Of a stretch of 32,000 bases of DNA, positions 8,375-15,616 are shown in pieces. The notes under the pieces were generated by a model. It was given only the letters and a program-made list of their open reading frames with translations, made no database searches and had not been told where the DNA came from. Origin of the DNA: Vulcanisaeta moutnovskia 768-28 (GTDB lineage Archaea > Thermoproteota > Thermoprotei > Thermoproteales > Thermocladiaceae); contig NC_015151.1 of assembly GCF_000190315.1 (NCBI RefSeq), positions 1,992,509 through 2,024,508 of the forward strand. The letters are read 5' to 3'. The position numbers were made by a program, and so were the translations under genes. Within the stretch, counting starts at the first letter, position 1. Each line of letters starts with the position of its first letter.

Positions 8375-9685
8375 TTATTGATGAAGGTAATACCAACCCT
8401 CCTTAGTCCTCTCATTCCACTTCACATTATTAGGCAATGCATAGCCATAAATTATTGCCCCCTTCCAAACACTAAACTGTGGATCCTTAACAATGCTAAT
8501 GCTCAGCTTATTAGCTAGATCAGGTAATTTCTCAGAAACCATTAACCTGGTCTTATCCACACTATTAACAGCGACATCCTCCAAACCAGGTGGTACTGAC
8601 CAATTAAACGCACCACCGCTGAGTATTATCGTACTCATTATCTTATCCTGTATCTCCACAGGAACCTTCCTGATGCTCGTTATTAATGCCTCAGCAATAT
8701 CCATCTCGCCATAAAACACCATATCTCCTACCGTGGTATCCTCAATAACAAGCCTACCCTGCTGCATATAACTCGTAAAGATATCATGTCTTGGATTAAA
8801 GACAACTTCACCTATTAGAAATCTCATCCATGCAGTATCCCTCAACTCAATCTCAATTAACGGATTTATCCTAACCTTAATAGCAAATCTATCAGGGTCA
8901 TCCCTAGCCTTCTTAACAGCATCATCAAGGTTCTTAGGTATTAAGCCCACGGCTCTCTTCACCATCTCAACTACATACTCATCCTTTGCCAAATCACCAT
9001 AGCCTGAGTCCTTAAGCACCTCCCTAGTGACTGCATTGGCCTCAGCGCCACCTCTATTGAGTGCGACGATGCCCTCTCTAATGGGACCGTAACTAATAGG
9101 TACAAGTTGTATATTGCCGTGACCAGCCTCAATTACTGTGCATGTCACGGCCTTCTCGGCAATCGCGACGGCAAATGGTTGGTCTATTATCGTAACAGCT
9201 TGAAGTAGCTTGCCGCCGAATTCCTCATCAATTTCCCTATGGATCTCTATCATTCTATCTCTCATATAGTCAGGGGCTAGTGCTGATAAGGCAACAACTA
9301 AGAAGAATCCCTTGAAGTCAGCTCTTCTAACGAAGTCTGAGTAAAATTGTGAGAATCCATATCTAGCGAGTTCCTTAATTATCTTCCAGGAGTCCTCATC
9401 CTCCTTCCTAATGATGCCATCCTTAAGCGGGTAGCGCAAGTTCCTAATGGCATCCCTAATCGAACTTAGGTACTTGGGTATATCATCACCAACAACAACA
9501 CCTCTCTCAAGAACCTCCTTAGGAACCAGCAATTTAATGCTCTCGGGTAAATCCCTAAGGAATAACCCACGGCTTTGAATCATGTATGGCTTGTCCCTGA
9601 GGGTTATTGGACCGTACTTGAAGTACCCAGTGCCAAAGTCCTCCGCATACACGTAGTTAAGCTTATACTTGCTCTCGTCAATCAT
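8375..9685 (-). CDS. cren-1: Crenactin (archaeal actin homologue)
   Basis: 436 aa. The N-terminal phosphate-1-like motif EDFGTGYFKYGPI, plus RGLFLRDLPES, RYPLKDG, ALSALAPDYM, IEAGHGNIQLVPIS, LNRGGAEANA and ILSGGAF, closely match my memory of Pyrobaculum calidifontis crenactin. A GGTGAT SD lies 5 nt upstream. Confidence 0.92.
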   Translation of the reverse strand: MIDESKYKLNYVYAEDFGTGYFKYGPITLRDKPYMIQSRGLFLRDLPESIKLLVPKEVLERGVVVGDDIPKYLSSIRDAIRNLRYPLKDGIIRKEDEDSWKIIKELARYGFSQFYSDFVRRADFKGFFLVVALSALAPDYMRDRMIEIHREIDEEFGGKLLQAVTIIDQPFAVAIAEKAVTCTVIEAGHGNIQLVPISYGPIREGIVALNRGGAEANAVTREVLKDSGYGDLAKDEYVVEMVKRAVGLIPKNLDDAVKKARDDPDRFAIKVRINPLIEIELRDTAWMRFLIGEVVFNPRHDIFTSYMQQGRLVIEDTTVGDMVFYGEMDIAEALITSIRKVPVEIQDKIMSTIILSGGAFNWSVPPGLEDVAVNSVDKTRLMVSEKLPDLANKLSISIVKDPQFSVWKGAIIYGYALPNNVKWNERTKEGWYYLHQ

Positions 9686-9690
9686 GCCGA

Positions 9691-9696
9691 ATCACC
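9691..9696 (-). promoter_or_regulatory. Shine-Dalgarno GGTGAT for crenactin
   Basis: Minus-strand GGTGAT overlaps the TGA stop of the upstream gene, with a 5-nt spacer to ATG 9685. Confidence 0.6.
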
Positions 9697-10024
9697 AGAT
9701 CGCCTTAATCGTAATGAACTCATTATTAAACATTATTACGTACGTATCATCAAACGACTTAACCCTAGGCTTTAAGTAATCCCTCATTTTGTCAGGTAAT
9801 GAACTAGCTGATTCATTTATGCAGTTTAATACTTGATTTAAAACATCCTTGATATGCTCACCTGTTGTCTCTACGTAATACATTGCCTGATACTTGATTC
9901 CATTGTCTATTACTAAGGGCTTAAGATTAAGTCCGTTTAATATGCATGATATAAATTTACGGCTCTCCCTTACAATATCATCTTCATCCTTTACTTCGCC
10001 AACCTCACACTTTTGGCAACTCAC
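9692..10024 (-). CDS. rkd-1: Small protein in the arcadin-1 position, first gene of the arcade cluster (110 aa)
   Basis: Assignment is by synteny only. Its stop overlaps the crenactin SD, with 6 nt between stop and start. GTG start ~25 nt downstream of the TTTATAA element at 10046-10052, which fits a leaderless transcript. Contains an N-terminal CxxC (CQKC). Confidence 0.45.
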   Translation of the reverse strand: MSCQKCEVGEVKDEDDIVRESRKFISCILNGLNLKPLVIDNGIKYQAMYYVETTGEHIKDVLNQVLNCINESASSLPDKMRDYLKPRVKSFDDTYVIMFNNEFITIKAIW

Positions 10025-10045
10025 ATAAGTTTATTAGCAATAAGG

Positions 10046-10052
10046 TTTATAA
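10046..10052. promoter_or_regulatory. Near-palindromic TATA element (TTTATAA) in the 60-72 nt divergent spacer between the arcade cluster and the cyclophilin-like gene
   Basis: It is the only strong TATA-like element that could drive the minus-strand gene. It is centred 25 nt from the minus-strand GTG (10024) and 36-48 nt from the plus-strand starts (10085/10097). Confidence 0.4.
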
Positions 10053-10096
10053 GGAGATTGCGCCTCTTGTGACGAGATTATAAGGTGTATAGTTCT

Positions 10097-10456
10097 ATGG
10101 AGAATGAATTAATTCTTGAGGTTAGGGATCTTGGAAACATAATCATAAAACTAGAACCAGCCATTTCGCCGTTAACATATGCAAGGTTAGGGAAATCATT
10201 ACCAGCAAGGGCAAATGCCATAAAGTATAGCCAGGTCATAATAATTCCGCTGGACCTTGGTCTAGTTAGTGAGGGTAAGAGAACGAGTTTAAAGCCTTAC
10301 GAAGTTGGTTATTGGGTTAAGAAAAGAAGTCTAGTAATTGCACTGAATAATATTGATTTAGGGGAGCAGGTTAATGTGCTTGGTTATGTGATTAATGGTG
10401 CTGAATTACTTAATAAATTAAATGGTGGATACTCCATAAGGCTTTTGATTAAGTGA
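10097..10456 (+). CDS. Cyclophilin-like (TM1367/PF04126-type) small protein
   Basis: The pattern ...LPARANAIKYSQVIIIPL...YEVGYWVKKRSLVIAL...VNVLGYVINGAELLNKL resembles the GxxxYWxxxxxLxIxx...VNxLGxV signature I recall for the cyclophilin-like family. ATG 10097 is preceded by AGGTG. The track start GTG 10085 is an alternative. Confidence 0.5.
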   Translation: MENELILEVRDLGNIIIKLEPAISPLTYARLGKSLPARANAIKYSQVIIIPLDLGLVSEGKRTSLKPYEVGYWVKKRSLVIALNNIDLGEQVNVLGYVINGAELLNKLNGGYSIRLLIK

Positions 10457-10509
10457 TCTAGGATTAAGTTTTTAAAGGGTTGGGGAGGAAACCGAAGTGG
10501 CGAAGAGGC

Positions 10510-10791
10510 ATGAGCACTCAGGAAACTACAATACTGGTTGGTAAAAAACCAACTACAAGCTACGTAATAGCCACAGTAATGAGCTTCAACGCAGGAGCCA
10601 AGAAGGTAATACTAAAGGCTAGAGGCGGTGCAATAGCCAGGGCAGTCTCAACGGCAGTAATGATAAGGGACAAGTTCCTACCAAACCAAGTAAGGATAAG
10701 CGACATAAAGCTACTAACTGATAGGGTAACTGGCCAGGGAGGCAAGGAGAGGTCAGTGGCTGCCATTGAGATAGTTCTAGAGAGGGCATAA
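10510..10791 (+). CDS. albA: Chromatin protein Alba (Sac10b family)
   Basis: ILVGKKPTTSYVIATVMSFNAGAKKVILKARGGAIARAVSTAVMIRDKFLP matches the Alba consensus (GKKPvmnYv..., KARGraIsrAVd). The track start TTG 10480 is probably too long; the in-frame ATG at 10510 gives a typical ~93 aa protein. Confidence 0.9.
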   Translation: MSTQETTILVGKKPTTSYVIATVMSFNAGAKKVILKARGGAIARAVSTAVMIRDKFLPNQVRISDIKLLTDRVTGQGGKERSVAAIEIVLERA

Positions 10792-10845
10792 TAAGATACA
10801 ATTAATAACTGACTTCAAAATATTAATAATACAAAATCAATTAAT

Positions 10846-11400
10846 TTATCTATACTTAGATATCTCCAGGAGATAACTTCTAATTTCCTCGAGAAGTGTA
10901 ACGAGAACAAATAAGGCGCTCCTTCTATTAGTGGCTATTAATGGCATTACCTTAACTTCATAGGGAACCTTCAATATACTCTTAACAGTAAATATATCAA
11001 CTGCTGTTGGCGCATCTTGCTTGTTTGCGGCAATCACGTGAGGTGTTGATGGAAAGTTCTCCCTGAAGAAACTATACATACCCAGCGACTCCTTAACCTT
11101 CTCCTCGCTCGAACTATCAACTATAAATAAATAGCCATGCATACCCCTGGCAATTATCTTCCACATAAAGCTGAATCTTTCCTGTCCAGGAACACCGAAT
11201 AAATGCACAACAAGGTCCTCCCTAACCTTCATCCTACCATAATCAAAGGCAACAGTGGTACTCTTTTTACCATCAATGGAGCTCTTCATTATAGGCACAT
11301 CGGTTTCAATAGGTAATACCTCACTTAGTGTTTTAACGAAGGTTGTCTTACCAGCGCCGTAGGGTCCGGCTATTACGATCTTTACGGTCTTTATCGGCAT
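10846..11400 (-). CDS. MglA-like small Ras-superfamily GTPase (COG2229 type)
   Basis: G1 GPYGAGKTT, G3 FGVPGQERF (no Asp, as in MglA-type TVPGQ) and G4 ANKQD. The GGTGAT SD at 11405-11410 sits 4 nt before ATG 11400, so I prefer that to the track GTG 11409. Directly downstream of the Roadblock gene. Confidence 0.8.
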   Translation of the reverse strand: MPIKTVKIVIAGPYGAGKTTFVKTLSEVLPIETDVPIMKSSIDGKKSTTVAFDYGRMKVREDLVVHLFGVPGQERFSFMWKIIARGMHGYLFIVDSSSEEKVKESLGMYSFFRENFPSTPHVIAANKQDAPTAVDIFTVKSILKVPYEVKVMPLIATNRRSALFVLVTLLEEIRSYLLEISKYR

Positions 11401-11404
11401 TTCA

Positions 11405-11410
11405 ATCACC
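11405..11410 (-). promoter_or_regulatory. Shine-Dalgarno GGTGAT for the MglA-like GTPase
   Basis: Minus-strand AGGGTGAT immediately after the Roadblock TAG stop, with a 4-nt spacer to ATG 11400. Confidence 0.6.
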
Positions 11411-11908
11411 CTATAATGCCACCTTACTTCTTATGAAGTTTATAACGTCTTCAATGTCCTTGGGAGTTATCTCAACGTTAATAACTTCAATTATTTCCTT
11501 CTCACTAATGTTAAGTAACTTGCTTAGTAGGTCGTATAGCTTATCAGTATACTTCTCAAGGATTATCCTGGTTAGTCCTATTGATGCATCAGTGCCACTA
11601 ATTACCATTACATAACCCATCTCCTTAATATCCATTAATTGAATAATGCCATCGGCACCTTGCATTAATACATAGTTAATACTACTAATGGGTAATGTTG
11701 ACACTAATCCTCTTAATGATGATATGAATCTTGGCGCTGCAAAAAACGTATTACTTGCACCAATAAATATTGTATTGGTGGCATAGGCTATTACCGTGCC
11801 CTCCTTATCCATTATATAAACAGCCCTTATCTGATCAGGACTTTCCGAAATGATCTCCTCAGCTGATGAACGAATCTCATTTATGATTCTTTGAATATCA
11901 CCGTCCAC
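11411..11908 (-). CDS. Roadblock/LC7 (MglB-like) domain protein with a C-terminal helical extension
   Basis: IRAVYIMDKEGTVIAYA ... YVLMQGADGIIQLMDIKEMGYVMVISGTDASIGLTRI fits the Roadblock/LC7 pattern. It forms an operon with the GTPase. GTG start ~26 nt from a TTTAAAAA TATA-like box. Confidence 0.65.
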   Translation of the reverse strand: MDGDIQRIINEIRSSAEEIISESPDQIRAVYIMDKEGTVIAYATNTIFIGASNTFFAAPRFISSLRGLVSTLPISSINYVLMQGADGIIQLMDIKEMGYVMVISGTDASIGLTRIILEKYTDKLYDLLSKLLNISEKEIIEVINVEITPKDIEDVINFIRSKVAL

Positions 11909-12046
11909 ATTTCTTTCTATTTATTATAATTTTTAAATCTTTCGATTTTTCTTGCATGAACGAAAGCACATCATCCTCAATTCATTTAATACAATCAATT
12001 ACGAAGCATAATAAGTTTTTTAAATGTATGATGCGAAGTACTACGG

Positions 12047-12391
12047 ATGATAACAATAAAGGGTTATGTTGTTAGTAAGACGTTGGTTAATGACCCAACA
12101 GGCGGAAGAATGATAGCCATACAAATAGTTGAAGAGAGGGAAACGCCAGGTCCGGTAATTACTGGTGCTGATGAGAGTTCTCAAATGATGAGGGATGTGA
12201 TGCCCCTCGTCCAGCAACTACTTAGGTCTATGCCCATGGTTGGTCCATTAATGAGTGGTAAGGTCCCAATACCTAGACTTCTTATTTGGCTTAATGAGGA
12301 CGAGGCAGAAGCACTAGGTCCTAAGTTGGATGTTGGTGATGCCGTGGAAATTAGGATAGATAATGGAAAACTAGAGTTAGTTAAGATATAA
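12047..12391 (+). CDS. Hypothetical protein (114 aa), no family recognised
   Basis: Clean ORF with an ATG 27 nt downstream of TTTTTTAAAT (leaderless geometry) and purine-rich codon usage like its neighbours. Divergent from the Roadblock-GTPase operon. Confidence 0.6.
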   Translation: MITIKGYVVSKTLVNDPTGGRMIAIQIVEERETPGPVITGADESSQMMRDVMPLVQQLLRSMPMVGPLMSGKVPIPRLLIWLNEDEAEALGPKLDVGDAVEIRIDNGKLELVKI

Positions 12392-12396
12392 TTCTC

Positions 12397-12750
12397 TTAT
12401 AATTTTACATCAAACTTTCTACTTAAATCTAACAAATCCTTTAGTTTAATTCTTATATGTCTACCATTTGGCAATGTTCTAACAACAATAAATGGGATTA
12501 AGCCTCTACGGATTTCCTCAAGAGCAATGTCTACTGGGTCGTATGTGCCTATTTCCTGTGGATTAATGAGCGGTTGAGCGCCCATTGCCAATTGCTTTGC
12601 CCTAGCCGCCACTATCCTAGCAAGTTCATACTTAGTTATTCTAGGTGGGTATGTTAACTTACCCTTGGCTAAGTCATTAATTATATTTAAAACACTGATC
12701 AATGCATCCTCCTTAAGGATTGAATCTGATGTCTGATTTGATGACGACAT
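12397..12750 (-). CDS. rpoK: DNA-directed RNA polymerase subunit K (Rpo6/Rpb6/omega family)
   Basis: PRITKYELARIVAARAKQLAMGAQPLI...EEIRRGLIPFIVVRTLPNGR matches the Rpb6/RpoK core (LTRYEiARvisaRAlQLamGAp; LPitirRrLPnG). It is about 20 aa longer at the N-terminus than the Sulfolobus protein as I recall it. Confidence 0.8.
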   Translation of the reverse strand: MSSSNQTSDSILKEDALISVLNIINDLAKGKLTYPPRITKYELARIVAARAKQLAMGAQPLINPQEIGTYDPVDIALEEIRRGLIPFIVVRTLPNGRHIRIKLKDLLDLSRKFDVKL

Positions 12751-12807
12751 TGGAGAATACGGAAATAAAATCGTTTAAAAATCTAACTTTATGAATAATT
12801 ATTTTTA

Positions 12808-14469
12808 CTAATCAGATGATTTCGACTCGCCTTCCTCACCGCCCTCAGTCTTTGATTTGCTGGGACCGCCTGTCCTTGTTTGAGCTGCGGCAACTATATC
12901 ATCTATCCTGAGTATCATTATTGCAGCCTCAGCTGCGCTCCTTATTACATGAGACTTAACTAGTAATGGATCAACAACATTGATCTTGGCCATATTCTCG
13001 ATCTTACCACTTAATACATCAACACCTGCATCAAATTCACCAGCATCATGCCTCCTCCTTAACTCAGCAATAGCATCGACAGGGTCTAAACCAGCTGTTA
13101 ACGCTAGTATTGTTGGTATATGCTCAAGGGCCTCAGCAAACTTAAGCACAGCCAACTGCTCCTTACCAGGTAACTTCCTACCCCACTCCCTAAGCCTCTT
13201 GGCGATCTCCATCTCAAAGGCTCCACCACCAGGTACAATCTTAGGCTCCCTGTAAAGATCCCTAATTACATGTAATGCATCCTGCATTGATCTCTCGGCC
13301 TCATCAAGAATCCTATCAGCAGCACCCCTCAGAAGTATTGTTACTGCCCTTGGATTTGGACACTGCTCAACAAACACCATCTTCTCCTCACCAACCTTCC
13401 TCTCTTCAACAAGTCCAGCCGTACCTAAGTCCTCAGGTCTTATGTCCTTAATGCTTGTGACTATCTTAGCCCCAGTGGCCTTGGCGAGCTTCTCAATGTC
13501 ACTCCTCTTAACCCTCCTAATGGCCATAATACCTCTCTTTGCTAAATAGTGTTGAGCTATTTCGTCAATACCCTTTTGCGTAATGACGACATTAGCACCA
13601 ATCTCGGCAAGCTTATCAACATAAGACTTCAGAATGTTGGATTCCTCCTCGAGGAATCCCTTTATCTGTTGTGGTGATGAGACGGAGATCTTCGTGGTCC
13701 ACTCAGGCTTCTCGATCTCAAGTGGTGCATCTAGAACAGCGATCTTGGCATTAACAACCCTCTTTGGCATTCCTGGATGAACAACCTCCTTATCAAGCAC
13801 AATACCCTGTATTAACTGGGTCTCAAAGAGTGACTGACCTTTTTTCTTCTCAAGCTTAATCCAGTCCAGGTCAAGGTTGTACTTATCACTAACCTTCTCA
13901 ACAGCTATGGCTGATGCCTCAACGGCAATCTTCGCAAGGTAGTCCTTAGCCTCAGAAACAATCTTGCTACTTAGTGAATTCATTGCGACTAGGGCCAATT
14001 GATTCTTGTCTTCAATATTTATTGGCTGGGCGATTTCGTTGGCAATCTGTATTGCGTAGTCCATGGCCTTTTTATAACCATCAATGATTATTGTTGGGTG
14101 AATATTCTCATCAAGTAATTCTTCCGCGAGTTCTAGTAATCTACCGGCTAGTACTACGGCAGTTGTTGTTCCATCACCAACCTCTGCATCCTGAGCCTTA
14201 GCAACCTCTATTAATAACTTCGCAGCTGGGTGTTGAACCTCCATCTCCTTTAAAATGGCAGCTCCATCACCAGTTATTGTTACGTCGCCAAAGGCGTCAA
14301 TGAGCATTTTATCCATTCCCCTAGGTCCTAGGCTTGTTGATAGTATTTCGGAAATTACCTTAGCAGCCATTATGTTGCTCCTCCTGGCGTCTGCGCCTGT
14401 TGTTCTTTGTGAACCCTCCTTAAGAACCATCACTGGTACTCCTCCCTTTTGCTGTGTACCGCTACTCAT
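12808..14469 (-). CDS. ths: Thermosome subunit (group II chaperonin)
   Basis: 553 aa. Motifs LGPRGMDKML, ITGDGAAILKEMEVQHPAAKLL, GDGTTTAVVLAG and VPGGGAFE, with a Gly/Glu/Ser-rich C-terminal tail. TATA-like CTATAAAAA ~27 nt upstream of the ATG. Confidence 0.95.
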   Translation of the reverse strand: MSSGTQQKGGVPVMVLKEGSQRTTGADARRSNIMAAKVISEILSTSLGPRGMDKMLIDAFGDVTITGDGAAILKEMEVQHPAAKLLIEVAKAQDAEVGDGTTTAVVLAGRLLELAEELLDENIHPTIIIDGYKKAMDYAIQIANEIAQPINIEDKNQLALVAMNSLSSKIVSEAKDYLAKIAVEASAIAVEKVSDKYNLDLDWIKLEKKKGQSLFETQLIQGIVLDKEVVHPGMPKRVVNAKIAVLDAPLEIEKPEWTTKISVSSPQQIKGFLEEESNILKSYVDKLAEIGANVVITQKGIDEIAQHYLAKRGIMAIRRVKRSDIEKLAKATGAKIVTSIKDIRPEDLGTAGLVEERKVGEEKMVFVEQCPNPRAVTILLRGAADRILDEAERSMQDALHVIRDLYREPKIVPGGGAFEMEIAKRLREWGRKLPGKEQLAVLKFAEALEHIPTILALTAGLDPVDAIAELRRRHDAGEFDAGVDVLSGKIENMAKINVVDPLLVKSHVIRSAAEAAIMILRIDDIVAAAQTRTGGPSKSKTEGGEEGESKSSD

Positions 14470-14556
14470 CGGCGAGTCCGTAAAGCACTTCTATAAAAAC
14501 CTTTCTTCAATTAAGGCGAGTAAAAAATAAGTATTACAGCAATACCATTGGGCTCA

Positions 14557-14991
14557 ATGGGCATTGAGTATGTATTAACCCTATTAATGATTGCATCATT
14601 ATTTGTAATACCGTGGGCAGTCGTTAGTTCATACTCGATGGAACCAACACTTGAAGTTGGTGACCTAGTCATAATAACACCACCGAGTCTATCATGTAAT
14701 CTCCTTCTAGGTCATGTTGCCATATATTATTCGCCAGTATTTAATGACTATATTGTACATAGGGTGATAGCCATCAACAATGCCCAGGGATGTACGTATA
14801 CCTTTAAGGGTGATGCGAATTTAGGGCCTGATCCTTATTCAGTGCCCTATAATAATATTGTTGGTGTTGTCGTATTCGTAATACCCCAATTAGGCCTGTT
14901 AAGCCTTTCATATAGAACATTTACCGCGGCTTTATACATGCTGGGCATCATAATCCTAGTAATAATCCCAGCGTACCTACTTGATAAATGA
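14557..14991 (+). CDS. Signal peptidase I, archaeal/Sec11 type (S26B)
   Basis: N-terminal TM segment followed by the catalytic-Ser box SYSMEPTLEVGDLVI and the His box YIVHRVI. C-terminal TM segment. ATG 14557 is preferred over the track TTG 14548. Confidence 0.75.
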   Translation: MGIEYVLTLLMIASLFVIPWAVVSSYSMEPTLEVGDLVIITPPSLSCNLLLGHVAIYYSPVFNDYIVHRVIAINNAQGCTYTFKGDANLGPDPYSVPYNNIVGVVVFVIPQLGLLSLSYRTFTAALYMLGIIILVIIPAYLLDK

Positions 14992-15593
14992 TTTTGCCTT
15001 ATGAGGAAAAATGTATTAAGTCTCATGAATCGGGTTTTTTAATGGGCGAGGGCGTTCAAGATATTACCACTAAGTTGAGTGGTCGTGAGCAGATAAGGGG
15101 TAGGGATGGTAGGGTATTTGTGCTTAGGGAATTTGAAATAACTGACTTAAATACGGTAGTTACGATAAATAGGAGGGTACTACCTGAGAATTACCCTGAA
15201 TTCTTCTTTGTTGAGCATTACAGGAGCTTTCCCAAGGCTTTCATCGTTGCTGAGCTTGATGGCGAGGTAGTGGGTTATATGATGAATAGGGTTGAGTTTG
15301 GCTGGAGCTATATATGGAGGGGTAAGCCAACAAGGAAGGGTCATGTAATATCTATTGGCGTATTACCCGAAGCCAGAAGGGTGGGTATTGCATATAACAT
15401 GATGATTAGGGGCATGAGAGCTATGAAGCATTTCTACGGCGCTGAGGAGGTCTATCTTGAAGTTAGAGTCTCCAATACGCCAGCCATTAACCTTTATAAG
15501 AAATTGAACTATAAAATAGTCGACCTAATAAAGGGTTATTATCACGATGGTGAGGATGCGTACATAATGGCAAGGCCGCTTGATAATATATAG
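14988..15593 (+). CDS. ard1: N-alpha-acetyltransferase, Ard1/NatA-like (GNAT)
   Basis: INRRVLPENYPEFFFVEHY, KGHVISIGVLPEARRVGIA, EVYLEVRVSNTPAINLYKKLNYK and GYYHDGEDAYIMARPL are near-identical in pattern to Sulfolobus Ard1 as I remember it. Its ATG overlaps the peptidase stop (ATGA at 14988-14991). The internal ATG 15042 is an alternative start. Confidence 0.85.
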   Translation: MILPYEEKCIKSHESGFLMGEGVQDITTKLSGREQIRGRDGRVFVLREFEITDLNTVVTINRRVLPENYPEFFFVEHYRSFPKAFIVAELDGEVVGYMMNRVEFGWSYIWRGKPTRKGHVISIGVLPEARRVGIAYNMMIRGMRAMKHFYGAEEVYLEVRVSNTPAINLYKKLNYKIVDLIKGYYHDGEDAYIMARPLDNI

Positions 15594-15616
15594 GGTAATG
15601 AGGGTAAAAATTAGGC

